Shown piece after piece: positions 30,902 to 40,189 of a DNA stretch of 64,000 nt. The notes beneath the pieces were generated by a model, which saw nothing but the letters and a program-made list of their open reading frames with translations, did no database searches and had not been told where the DNA came from. A program made the translations under genes and the position numbers. Source of the DNA: a bacterium (lineage in GTDB: Bacteria; UBA8248; JACPRG01; G963555815); contig OZ244653.1 of assembly GCA_965218795.1 (NCBI GenBank), forward strand, positions 544,001 to 608,000. The letters are read 5' to 3'. Within the stretch, counting starts at the first letter, position 1; the number at the start of each line of letters is the position of its first letter.

Positions 30902-32908
30902 TCATTCCAGGGCTTCTGCCACCAATTCAACCAAATCCTTGACAACCAGCCGGTCGTCGGCGTTCTTTGTCTTGATTCCATCTTCGAACATCTGCATGCA
31001 GAAGGGGCACGCAACGGCCACGGTATTGACGTCCGCGTCGAGGGCGTCCTGCACACGGATCTGGTTGATGCGGTCGTCTGCTTCGCCGTCTTCCATCCAC
31101 GCAAAGCCCCCGCCCGCCCCGCAGCATAGGCCGTTGGAGCGGGTTCGTTTCATCTCCCGAACATCCGCTCCCGGCAGGGCGGAAACCACCTTGCGGGGGG
31201 CGTCGTAAATTTTGTTGTGCCGGCCGAGATAGCAGGAATCATGGTACGTGATCCGGCCGACGGCCTCCCCCGATATGTTGAGGCGGCCCGCCCGGATCAG
31301 TTCGGCGACGTACTCGGCGTGATGGACGACTTCATAATGACCGCCCAATTGGGGGTACTCGCGCTTGATGGTATTGAAGCAGTGCGGGCAGTGGGTAAGG
31401 ACCTTTTTCACACCGAACCGGTCCAGTGTTTCGATGTTCTTCCGAGCCATCATCTGGAAGGAATACTCGTTGCCGACGCGGCGCGCCGGATCGCCGGTGC
31501 AGACCTCATCGGCCCCCAGGACGGCGAAATCCACGCCCGCGGCCTTGAGCACCGTGACGAGGGCCTGGGCTGTTTTCATATTTCGGTCGACCAGCGAAGC
31601 GGTGCATCCGACCCAATAGAGGATTTCGGCGCTTCCCTTCTCCGAGAGAACGGGGACATCCAGGCCCTCCATCCAGTCGGTCCGGGAGAACCGCGTTCCC
31701 TTCCAAGGGTGCATGCGGTCATCCAGGCTCTTGAGGAACGTCTGGGTTGTCTCGGGCATCTTCGATTCCATGAGGACCTGATGGCGCCGGGTTTCGATGA
31801 TCTTCGGGATGTGCTCGATGTGAACCGGACAAGCCTCTTGGCAGGCCCCGCAGGTGCGGCACGCCCAGATCGCCTCAGACTTCAGGATGTCGACCAGCGG
31901 GGAGGCCTCTTCGGATGAGCCGATTTTGGACATCTGGCGCCGAATATCCAGGATGATGTTCTGGGGCGACAGTGGGGTTCCGCTCAGATACGCCGGACAG
32001 GCGGCGTCGCATTTTCCGCATTTCGTGCAGGCGTCCGCATCCAGCAGGTCCTTCCAGGTCAGCTCTTCCAGTCTTGATGCGCCGAAGGATTCGGCGGTCT
32101 CGTCTTCGAAGTCGATGTAGGACAGGGCGGGCTCCGTTTTGGCGTCCAGATCCCGAAATAGAATCGCAATGGGGGCGAAGAGGGCGTGGCTGAGCTTGGA
32201 CCATCCCATGTAGGCGATCAGGCCGAAGGAAATGACAACGTGGATCCACCACCAGGCCCGATGCCAGGCGAGGAGGCCGGCCTCGGTGGGGATGGCCCTC
32301 TCGAGCCAAAGGGCGATGACATATCCCACGGGAGACCAGACCGCCCAATCGGGATGCTGGCGCAGTTCCGTGGCTCCGATGCGCAGGCCCTCGACGAGAA
32401 AGCCGGTGAGGAAGACCAGGATGAGGCCGAAGAGCGCAACGGCGTCGTCCCACGTTTCCGAGAGGTGGGCAGGCCGCAGGACGTAACGTCTGAATCCGAG
32501 TAGAATCAGCCCCGCCCCGCCCAGAGCCATGAGGATGTCGCCCAAGGCGGAATACCAGAGGTAGAAGCTCCCTTTCCAAAAGTTGATGTGCAGTCCGAAA
32601 TAGTTGAGATCCTTCTCGATGGCGATAATTGTTGTGGCGATCAGCGCCGCCACAAAGCCAATGAAAAGAAGGAAGTGGCCGAGGCCCGGCAGTTTTTCCC
32701 GGTAGAATCCCTTATGCGCGAATGCGTAGAGGAAGAGGCCGGCCATTCGCTCGCCCCATCGATCGAGCCGCTTCGCCGCCTTGCCCATCCGCCACAGCTG
32801 CACACGCCGAAGAATCCCCCATGCGAAGATTCCGACAGCGAGCAGCGCGATCAAATAAATCCATTCGCCGCCGGGTATATTTCCAAAGACCTCTCGGGAA
32901 GCTTCCAT
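30902..32908 (-). CDS. Membrane-bound Fe-S oxidoreductase (FadF/HdrD-like: NarI-like TM domain, 2x4Fe-4S, CCG domains)
   Basis: CTKCGKCDAACP, CRTCGACQEACP, CPHCF, YHDSCYLGRHN, CCGAGGG. Confidence 0.92.
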   Translation of the reverse strand: MEASREVFGNIPGGEWIYLIALLAVGIFAWGILRRVQLWRMGKAAKRLDRWGERMAGLFLYAFAHKGFYREKLPGLGHFLLFIGFVAALIATTIIAIEKDLNYFGLHINFWKGSFYLWYSALGDILMALGGAGLILLGFRRYVLRPAHLSETWDDAVALFGLILVFLTGFLVEGLRIGATELRQHPDWAVWSPVGYVIALWLERAIPTEAGLLAWHRAWWWIHVVISFGLIAYMGWSKLSHALFAPIAILFRDLDAKTEPALSYIDFEDETAESFGASRLEELTWKDLLDADACTKCGKCDAACPAYLSGTPLSPQNIILDIRRQMSKIGSSEEASPLVDILKSEAIWACRTCGACQEACPVHIEHIPKIIETRRHQVLMESKMPETTQTFLKSLDDRMHPWKGTRFSRTDWMEGLDVPVLSEKGSAEILYWVGCTASLVDRNMKTAQALVTVLKAAGVDFAVLGADEVCTGDPARRVGNEYSFQMMARKNIETLDRFGVKKVLTHCPHCFNTIKREYPQLGGHYEVVHHAEYVAELIRAGRLNISGEAVGRITYHDSCYLGRHNKIYDAPRKVVSALPGADVREMKRTRSNGLCCGAGGGFAWMEDGEADDRINQIRVQDALDADVNTVAVACPFCMQMFEDGIKTKNADDRLVVKDLVELVAEALE

Positions 32909-33005
32909 GTTCGGTCCTTTGCGGATTGCGGCTCACCCAGAAGAAAAAGCCGTCTGAAACCTTCCCGATCATTATCCATCAAAAGCCGCCTCGGCGTGAT
33001 GGAGT

Positions 33006-33497
33006 TCACACGTCCATAGAGGGGCGGCGGTGCCACTCCGAATATCCCGAAAAAAGGTTGGAGAGAGAGCGTGCCCCCCCCCAGGGCACTTCTGCGGTCA
33101 TGGCTTCCCGGTCCAGCGGAATGTGCAGCCGCCGCAGGAGCGGGAAATCCTCGGGCAAAGTCCCGAACAGGGGCCAAATCAGATTATATCCCCAATCGGC
33201 CTTGAGCTTGCATTCGAGAATTCTCACTTCCAAGGTATCACCCGGATCGGCTCCGTTCACCCAGACCGGACCCGTCATGAAATGCGGTCCGGGTCCGCGC
33301 TCGCACTTCTTGTGAATCTCAAAAGTTTCCGAAGGGATCACGGAACGGTCCGGCGGCATATCCTCGGGTTCCCCGGAGATGCAATGAAAGGTCACCCGGT
33401 CTCCGGAGTCTATTCGGAGGGCGGACGGAAGGTTCGCATCGAAAAATCCCCAATGAACCGTGTCGGGTGACGCGTGAAGCTCATGATGATTCGGCAT
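33006..33497 (-). pseudogene. Acetamidase/formamidase family protein, 3'-truncated
   Basis: TVHWGFFD, GPGPHFMTGPV..GADPGDTLEV; frameshift near PFFG.FGV, then the C-terminal half is lost. Confidence 0.75.
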
Positions 33498-33690
33498 CGT
33501 TCTCCCTCTCCTTGGGTATGGAATGCAGGCGGTCAATTCAATACACCCGCCGCCGGGGATATTGCCGGGGACCTATCGGTCATTATAAGTCTCTGAAGCG
33601 TCATTGGCGGCGTCCCGATCAGGCGGATTTTTGGCATAATGGGCTGTCGGGTCGGACATGAAGGGGAGTTTTCGGTGAGGAGAGAGCGGA

Positions 33691-34833
33691 TTGGATTTTG
33701 ATCCCAGCGGGTTACAAACGCACATTCAAGAGATGGCCAAGGCTTTCGTCCGGGAATGTGTCCTTCCAGAGGCGGAAGCCTGGGAGAAGAACTGCGAGAT
33801 ACCGGAAAGATTTCTCGAACGCATGGCCCAGCAGGGTTTTTTGGGCCTTGTCGTTCCCCCGGAATACGGGGGCAGCGGGATTGGGCCAGTCGGCCTCGTC
33901 TTGGCGTTGGCGGAGATCTCGGCCGCTTCGCCCACGCTGGGGTTCATCATGTCCATCAACAACCAGTTTTGCGATGCAGTGTACCGCTTTGCTACTGACG
34001 ACCAGAGACAGCGCGTCCTGCCGGATCACGTGGCCGGCGGGCAGATCGGCTCCATCGCCCTGACGGAAGCGGAAGCGGGGTCCAACGCCACGGCCGTTCA
34101 GACCTCGGCGAAGCGGACCGAGGGGGGCTATCTGCTCAACGGCGAAAAGCTCTACGTCTCGAACGGGGGCTACAAGGGAAGGGTCGTGGTATGCACTCGA
34201 ACGTCGGATGACCGGAGAAAGGGCTTGACGTTCTTTCTGGTGGACAAGGAAGCCGAGGGCTCCCGCCGAAAGCTGATGGAACAGACCATCGGCCTGCGGC
34301 CCGCGAACATGACGGTACATACGTTCGAGGACTGTTTTGCGCCCGAGCAGGACCGGCTGGGGGAAGAGGGCTCGGGATTCGATTTCATTCAACTGGCTAT
34401 CGGAAACGGGCGGCTCGGCATTGCGGCCCAGTGCGTGGGGATTTCACGGGCTGCGCTGAATCTGGCCCTGGAGCATGCCAAGAGCCGAAAGCAGTTCGGC
34501 GGACCTCTGGCCAAGCTTCAGGCCGTCCAGTTCTATCTGGCGGACATGGCCACGGCCATCGATGCCGCTGAGCTGATGACGCTTCGGGCCGCGTGGTCGA
34601 AGGAGAACGGCAAGCCTTACGACACGGAGGCGGCCATGGCCAAGCTGTATGCCTCCGAGGCGGCGGGAAAGGTGACGGATACGGCCCTCCAGATCTTGGG
34701 AGGGAAAGGGTATTTCGACGCCTCTCCGGCGGCGCGCCTGTACGCGGATGCCCGGGGCGCCAGAATATTCGAGGGCACGAATGAGGTGATGAAACTGCTG
34801 ATCGCGCGAGGAATTCTGGGCGAATTCAAGTGA
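33691..34833 (+). CDS. Acyl-CoA dehydrogenase
   Basis: ALTEAEAGS, LNGEKLYVSN, GRLGIAAQ, RKQFG, IFEGTNEV. Confidence 0.95.
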   Translation: MDFDPSGLQTHIQEMAKAFVRECVLPEAEAWEKNCEIPERFLERMAQQGFLGLVVPPEYGGSGIGPVGLVLALAEISAASPTLGFIMSINNQFCDAVYRFATDDQRQRVLPDHVAGGQIGSIALTEAEAGSNATAVQTSAKRTEGGYLLNGEKLYVSNGGYKGRVVVCTRTSDDRRKGLTFFLVDKEAEGSRRKLMEQTIGLRPANMTVHTFEDCFAPEQDRLGEEGSGFDFIQLAIGNGRLGIAAQCVGISRAALNLALEHAKSRKQFGGPLAKLQAVQFYLADMATAIDAAELMTLRAAWSKENGKPYDTEAAMAKLYASEAAGKVTDTALQILGGKGYFDASPAARLYADARGARIFEGTNEVMKLLIARGILGEFK

Positions 34834-34858
34834 ATCCAAAGCGAGCTGAGAGGGAGGC

Positions 34859-35176
34859 ATGACGGAATATCGTGTGGTCTTGATCACTTGCGGGGGAGAG
34901 GAGGAGGCCGACCGGATCGCGACTGCGCTGGTCGAAGAACACCTCGCGGCATGCGCAAATATCGTGCCGAAAGTTACATCCGTCTACCGGTGGAAAGGGG
35001 AAATTTGCAGGGATTCGGAAGTTCTCCTGATCGTGAAGGCGTGCGCGAGCACCCTCCGCAAACTGGAGGAACGTGTGAAAGAGATTCACAGCTACGAAGT
35101 CGCTGAGGTCATCGCGCTGCCGATTCTTGCCGGGTCGAAAGAGTACCTGGATTGGATGAAGGACGCATGCAGGTAG
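34859..35176 (+). CDS. cutA: Divalent-cation tolerance protein CutA
   Basis: LAACANI..SVYRWKG..HSYEVAE. Confidence 0.93.
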   Translation: MTEYRVVLITCGGEEEADRIATALVEEHLAACANIVPKVTSVYRWKGEICRDSEVLLIVKACASTLRKLEERVKEIHSYEVAEVIALPILAGSKEYLDWMKDACR

Positions 35177-35260
35177 CGGCCGAAATACAGAGACGGTCGA
35201 ACCCGAACACCGGATTCTTGGCTAGCCGCCGTTTATTCCTCTTCGGGCGCGCCGAAAAAA

Positions 35261-35508
35261 TCAGACGAGTTTTGCGACCTCAATATTCTGTTTTGAGCGA
35301 AACGTCTCCGGTGTTCTTGCGATCAGGGCTCCCACATCGTCGATGACACGACCGACGAGATAGGGCATCCCTCAAGCGGAGTACGAGGTTGTGTACTCCC
35401 CTCTCAAGACGACGATATCCAGGTCGTGCCTGCGGCGGCGCGGGCCTGGAAAGCCGCGCTCATGCCCGCAGCATCGTCTCCGATGACGATCCAACGAGCC
35501 TGTGCCAT
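35261..35508 (-). pseudogene. Remnant of a selenocysteine-containing CoA-disulfide reductase/NADH oxidase
   Basis: GGAGG RBS; MAQARWIVIGDDAAGMSAAFQAR (frameshift) ..DIVVLRGEYTTSYSA-U(TGA 35372-35374)-GMPYLVG..LIARTPETFR; SECIS-like hairpin follows. Confidence 0.75.
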
Positions 35509-35657
35509 GCTTCATCCCTCCAGTGATGGACCACCGGCAGCGCAGGTGTTTCTGCATGACTCCGAATCAGTACCCCGAAATTGACGCGGAGACAGTAGGA
35601 CAAGATAGAGGAGTGAGCCGCGTGTCGTTGCAGCCGTCTTTTCAGCCCGAGCCTTGT

Positions 35658-36239
35658 TCAATTTTCTCGATTGCTTTCAGCCCGCACCTTTGTAATGACG
35701 TTTTTGAAGCTTTGAAGGATTTCCTCTTCGGTTTCGGCCGCCGCGTAAGGGCTGGGGAGCAGGAAGACCCGGCTCTCACCGAACAGGCCCTTCCACGCGT
35801 CGTCCTGCGATTCGATGAGTCCGCCGTCGCCGGGTACTTTTCCTCCAATGATTGCCTCCAAAGCCTTTTTGTAGATGAAGCAGACGATACGAGGGCGACC
35901 CTGTCGAATCTGATGGACGACGAACTGCGAGCCGAGCGAAAGTTCTTCCTCGGTAATCTGGTCAGCGCGAGCCGTGGGCCGCGGGACGAGATCCGTGATG
36001 CCTAGACCGTTGTCCAGCATGGATTGGTCCTCCACCCCGACTTCCGCGTCTTCCATCAAACCGATGGAGCGAAGGCGCCGCCAGAATTTCTTGCCGAGAT
36101 TGCCTTGATGGTAGTGGCCGGACTCAATGCTGGGGGGAGAGGGGTTCAGGCCGACGAAAAGTATTTCGAGATCGGCTTTCCAGATGGGAGCGAGGGTCGT
36201 AATCTCCGAATTTTGCCAAAAAATATCGATGAGCTGCAT
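35658..36239 (-). CDS. Mismatch-specific uracil/thymine DNA glycosylase (Mug/TDG family)
   Basis: LFVGLNP..SGHYH..FWRRL..GLGITDL..LLPSP. Confidence 0.85.
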   Translation of the reverse strand: MQLIDIFWQNSEITTLAPIWKADLEILFVGLNPSPPSIESGHYHQGNLGKKFWRRLRSIGLMEDAEVGVEDQSMLDNGLGITDLVPRPTARADQITEEELSLGSQFVVHQIRQGRPRIVCFIYKKALEAIIGGKVPGDGGLIESQDDAWKGLFGESRVFLLPSPYAAAETEEEILQSFKNVITKVRAESNREN

Positions 36240-36245
36240 GCGGAA

Positions 36246-37046
36246 TCAATCCGGTTCTTTTCTGGCGGTCCACAGGGTTTTCATCAGACCATGATAGGGC
36301 AAATCGAAAGGATTGAACCGTTCGGCATTGATATCCCCGAATTTCGCTTCACTGAGCGAGCGGGCCACATCGCTGCCTGCAAACATTTTTTCGACCACGA
36401 CTTCTTGGACACGCTGGTAAGTTTTTCTCTTTCGAATGAAAGCGGTCGATTCCACTCGGCCGACACCTTGCTTCGGCGAATAGGTCAACCGAACGGCCAG
36501 CGAGTAGTCTTTCGTCTCAACGAATTCCGATCGGCCGTTCCAATAGGTTTCAAAGAATTCCTGGTCGTTCAGGTCAAAAATGAAGAAACCTCCCGGCTTC
36601 AAGGTTTTATAGGCGTTCCGGAAAACTTTTTGAAGGTCGGATTTCGTGGCTAAATGATTGAGGCTGTCATAAGTGCACGTGACCAGGTCGGCCTCCTTTG
36701 TCTTGGCCCACTTACGCATGTCCCCCCGGATATAGGTGACCTTCTTTCCGGCTTTGCGGGAATTCATTTCAGCGACGCTGAGCATATTCTGGGAGATGTC
36801 CACGCCAAAAACGGTCCAACCTTTTCCGGCGAACAGATTAGCCAGCCGACCCGTCCCGCAGGCAAGATCCACCATGACGCCGGGCTTGACTCCCTCCCGG
36901 CGAAGAAAGGCGGTTGCCCGAGCGAATACCGCCTTTGCGAAGTCCGCCGCCCATTGCTGATCGTAGATTTCCGCCAACTGCGTATATGGGGTCGATGCCT
37001 TGATGTCCACTGCCTCCGTTGGAAGCCCGCCCAGGCCTCCGGACAC
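36246..37046 (-). CDS. Class I SAM-dependent methyltransferase
   Basis: VDLACGTG, GVDISQNML, GDMR, DSLNHL, LKPGGFFIFD. Confidence 0.92.
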   Translation of the reverse strand: MSGGLGGLPTEAVDIKASTPYTQLAEIYDQQWAADFAKAVFARATAFLRREGVKPGVMVDLACGTGRLANLFAGKGWTVFGVDISQNMLSVAEMNSRKAGKKVTYIRGDMRKWAKTKEADLVTCTYDSLNHLATKSDLQKVFRNAYKTLKPGGFFIFDLNDQEFFETYWNGRSEFVETKDYSLAVRLTYSPKQGVGRVESTAFIRKRKTYQRVQEVVVEKMFAGSDVARSLSEAKFGDINAERFNPFDLPYHGLMKTLWTARKEPD

Positions 37047-37077
37047 GGTTCGATTCCGACAATTGCCTACATCGTGG

Positions 37078-38067
37078 CTAACTGTCCATCAGCTCTCGGC
37101 ACTTGGCCGTGAAGGCCGGTATCACTTGCTTGTAGTCTCCCACAACGCCAAAATGGGCGCGCTCAAAGATGGGGGCCTCCGGATCGGTATTGATGGCTAC
37201 AATATTCTTGGAAGGACCGGCGCCGACCATGTGTTGGGTCGCTCCTGAGATTCCAACGGCAATGTAAAGTTCCGGGCTGACGATTTTCCCGGTCTGGCCA
37301 ACCTGGTATTGGGGGGGTACCCATCCTGCGTCCACTGCGGCTCGTGAGGCGCCCAAGGCGGCCCCCAGGACGTCCGAAAGCTCTTCGAGATAGCTGAAGT
37401 TTTCCGCTCCGCCCAGTCCCCGGCCGCCGGAAATGACGATATTGGCGTCCTCCAGGCGAACGCCTTCCGTTTTGATGCTGACCTTTTCGAGGAACCGGAC
37501 GGGTAGGGAGGAACCGTCCAATCCCGAGGGGCGGGATTCCACCTGCCCCGTCCTGGATTCGTCCGGCTCGGCTCGCGAGAATGCCTTGGGCCGGATTGAA
37601 ACCACTTGCATCCGGTCTTGCCTGGATGTGGTTTCCGCAACCGCGCTTCCTCCCCAGACCGGACGACTCAGGATCAGCCTTTCTCCATCCCAGCGGGCCT
37701 CGGTGCAGTCGCTCGCGAGGTGCGCCTGCTGTCGATAGGCCACACGGGGCGCGAGGTCGCGGCCTGTGTCGTTGGATGCGCAAAGAAATATTGTGGGCCT
37801 TTCCTCTTCGATGGTCTGATTCACCACCTGTGCATAGGCCCCCCCCTCATAACCGCCCAGAAATGAATCCTCCACCAATATGGCCCGGTCGGCTCCGAGG
37901 TGGATCAGTTTCTCGCCCAGCGCCGAGACGCCCTCCCCCGGCAATAGGGTGGCCACTGTGCCTTCAGATTGATCGGCCAGTTTTCTTGCCGTTCCAATGA
38001 CCTCGGCGGTGACCGGCGCAATTGAACCCTCTATGCTCTCGGCCAAGGCGAGAATGGAAGCGGGCAT
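37078..38067 (-). CDS. etfA: Electron transfer flavoprotein alpha subunit
   Basis: SGGRG, GASRAAVDAGW, QVGQTGK, GISGATQH. Confidence 0.97.
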   Translation of the reverse strand: MPASILALAESIEGSIAPVTAEVIGTARKLADQSEGTVATLLPGEGVSALGEKLIHLGADRAILVEDSFLGGYEGGAYAQVVNQTIEEERPTIFLCASNDTGRDLAPRVAYRQQAHLASDCTEARWDGERLILSRPVWGGSAVAETTSRQDRMQVVSIRPKAFSRAEPDESRTGQVESRPSGLDGSSLPVRFLEKVSIKTEGVRLEDANIVISGGRGLGGAENFSYLEELSDVLGAALGASRAAVDAGWVPPQYQVGQTGKIVSPELYIAVGISGATQHMVGAGPSKNIVAINTDPEAPIFERAHFGVVGDYKQVIPAFTAKCRELMDS

Positions 38068-38079
38068 GACACAGTCTCC

Positions 38080-38898
38080 TCAGATCAGTTTACGGTCGCG
38101 GAGCAGAACAGCGAGATTTTCCGCCGCCTCTTCAACGGTGTCTCCATTCACTATCTCACACGCGCCCTCATGTTTCGGAATGTAAAGCAGAAGCAATGCT
38201 TCACGCGATGAAGCCTCCCCGAAACCGTTGGCGGTCAGGGCCAAATCCGAGACCCCCAGGCTGGGCACTTGCTTTCTGGAGGCTTTGAGAATGCCCGGTA
38301 CGGTTGGTAGGCGCGGCTCACCAATTTCGTTGCTGATGGTCAAAACGCAAGGCGTGGACACCGCATATGCAGCGCTCCCATCCTCGAGCACGCGTTCGAC
38401 GCGTACCCCCCCCTCCGACGGTTCGATTTTCTGGACCTGGGTGACGCATGGGATGCCCAGGGTTTCGGCCACGGCGACTCCGGTGGCGCCGGAACTCCAG
38501 TCAGAGGAAACCCTGCCGAACAAGACCAGATCAAACGGTGCTTTTTCCTCGCCGATCTTCCGGATCGCAGCAGCCAGCACCTGTGCTGAACCGAATGCGT
38601 CCGACCCACTGAATTCCTCGTCGTCCAACAGTACGGCCTCGTCGCAGCCCATTGCCAAGGCCTTCTTGATGTTATCCATCGTATCCGGGGCGCCGACGCT
38701 CAGGACGGTGATGCTTCCCCCGTGCGCCTCTTTCAGTTGAACCGCGGCTTCGAGCGCATACTGATCGAAATTACTGATTACAGGAGAAACGTTTGGCGGG
38801 GGAACGACTGACTTCGCGGCTTCATCAACCTTGAAATCACGCGCGGGTATGTCGGGGTCGAGAACCTGCTTTATGCAGACGATGATATTCAAAATCAT
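38080..38898 (-). CDS. etfB: Electron transfer flavoprotein beta subunit
   Basis: IVCIKQV.D, DQYALEAA, ALAMGCD, EPRLP. Confidence 0.96.
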   Translation of the reverse strand: MILNIIVCIKQVLDPDIPARDFKVDEAAKSVVPPPNVSPVISNFDQYALEAAVQLKEAHGGSITVLSVGAPDTMDNIKKALAMGCDEAVLLDDEEFSGSDAFGSAQVLAAAIRKIGEEKAPFDLVLFGRVSSDWSSGATGVAVAETLGIPCVTQVQKIEPSEGGVRVERVLEDGSAAYAVSTPCVLTISNEIGEPRLPTVPGILKASRKQVPSLGVSDLALTANGFGEASSREALLLLYIPKHEGACEIVNGDTVEEAAENLAVLLRDRKLI

Positions 38899-39225
38899 TG
38901 ACTCTCGGTACTTCCTGGGGCGGGGCCTTGAACCCTCTTCATTGCCGGTCGTCTGCTCCGTGTGGGTTTTTGGGGAGCCAAAAAACCGTCAAAAATTATC
39001 AGCCATCCCCTTAGGGTGTCAATACATATTTAATATTTCAATCCATCATTCTTGCGATAGCTCTAAGTCCCAGCAGAATATTGTACAGGCATTCAACAAG
39101 AAAGCCGCTTCCGGTTGACACTCCAAGAAACCGTATGCTAATGAAAGCCTTTTGTGAATAAGAAAGTCTTCGCATTTTCGGCGGAAATTCCGCTGCCCAA
39201 TTTTCGGTTTTCCGAGGATTTTTGG

Positions 39226-40005
39226 ATGGAGTTGGAAGGGAAGGTGGCCATCGTTACGGGCGCCGGTCGGGGAATTGGGCGGGCCATCAGTAAAGTCCTG
39301 GCCAGAGAAGGAGCCGCTGTGACTCTCGCCGCCCGGTCGATGGATCGATTGAACGCCACGGCGGGGGAAATACAGGGTGACGGGGGCCGATGCCTTGTGG
39401 TCCATACGGATGTCAGCTCTGAGGGGTCCGTGAACCAAATGTTCAGGGAGACCATCGACGAGTTGGGGACGGTCGATATCCTGGTGAACAACTCCGGGAT
39501 TGCCGGACCCACCGCCTTATGCGAGGAAACGACCGTCGAAGATTGGAATGAAACGTTTGCGGTCAATGTGATTGGGCCGTTTCTTTGCGCGAAAGCGGTT
39601 TTGCCGCTGATGAAGGAAAAGCGGTACGGCCGAATCGTCAACATCTCCTCGATGAGCGGGAAGCGTCCTTTGGTTATGCGGACCCCTTACACCAGTTCCA
39701 AAATGGCCGTTATGGGCTTCACGAGGACCCTCGCTCATGAGGTGGGAGAATATGGGATCACCGTCAATTCGGTGTGTCCGGGAGCGACATCCGGCGAACG
39801 GATCGATAATGTCATTCGGAATCTGGCCGAGAGCCAGGGCAGGACGGAAGAAGATGTCAGATCCGATTTTACGGGTCCTTCCGCGCTGAAGACGCTGGTT
39901 GACCCCGAAGACACGGCAGAGGTGGTTTGTTTCCTCGCCTCCGAGCGCGCGGCACACTTGACGGCTCAGGACATCAATGTAACGGCGGGTTTGGTCTGGT
40001 ATTGA
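39226..40005 (+). CDS. Short-chain dehydrogenase/reductase
   Basis: TGAGRGIG, VNNSG, YTSSK. Confidence 0.93.
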   Translation: MELEGKVAIVTGAGRGIGRAISKVLAREGAAVTLAARSMDRLNATAGEIQGDGGRCLVVHTDVSSEGSVNQMFRETIDELGTVDILVNNSGIAGPTALCEETTVEDWNETFAVNVIGPFLCAKAVLPLMKEKRYGRIVNISSMSGKRPLVMRTPYTSSKMAVMGFTRTLAHEVGEYGITVNSVCPGATSGERIDNVIRNLAESQGRTEEDVRSDFTGPSALKTLVDPEDTAEVVCFLASERAAHLTAQDINVTAGLVWY

Positions 40006-40189
40006 GTTGCGGGCCGGCATTCGGGGGGCCCAGAGCAGGGGACCATGACCCGCAGATTTCTGCGATATACTGTATTCCTCCTCTTTTCTGGAACGGGAAT
40101 GGGCGAGGGGAGGATTCTGCTTGGTTTTTCATTCTATTCATCTCGGCATGCATTGACTGTATGGGTGAGGGATTTTAGGGGGCGGTTGA

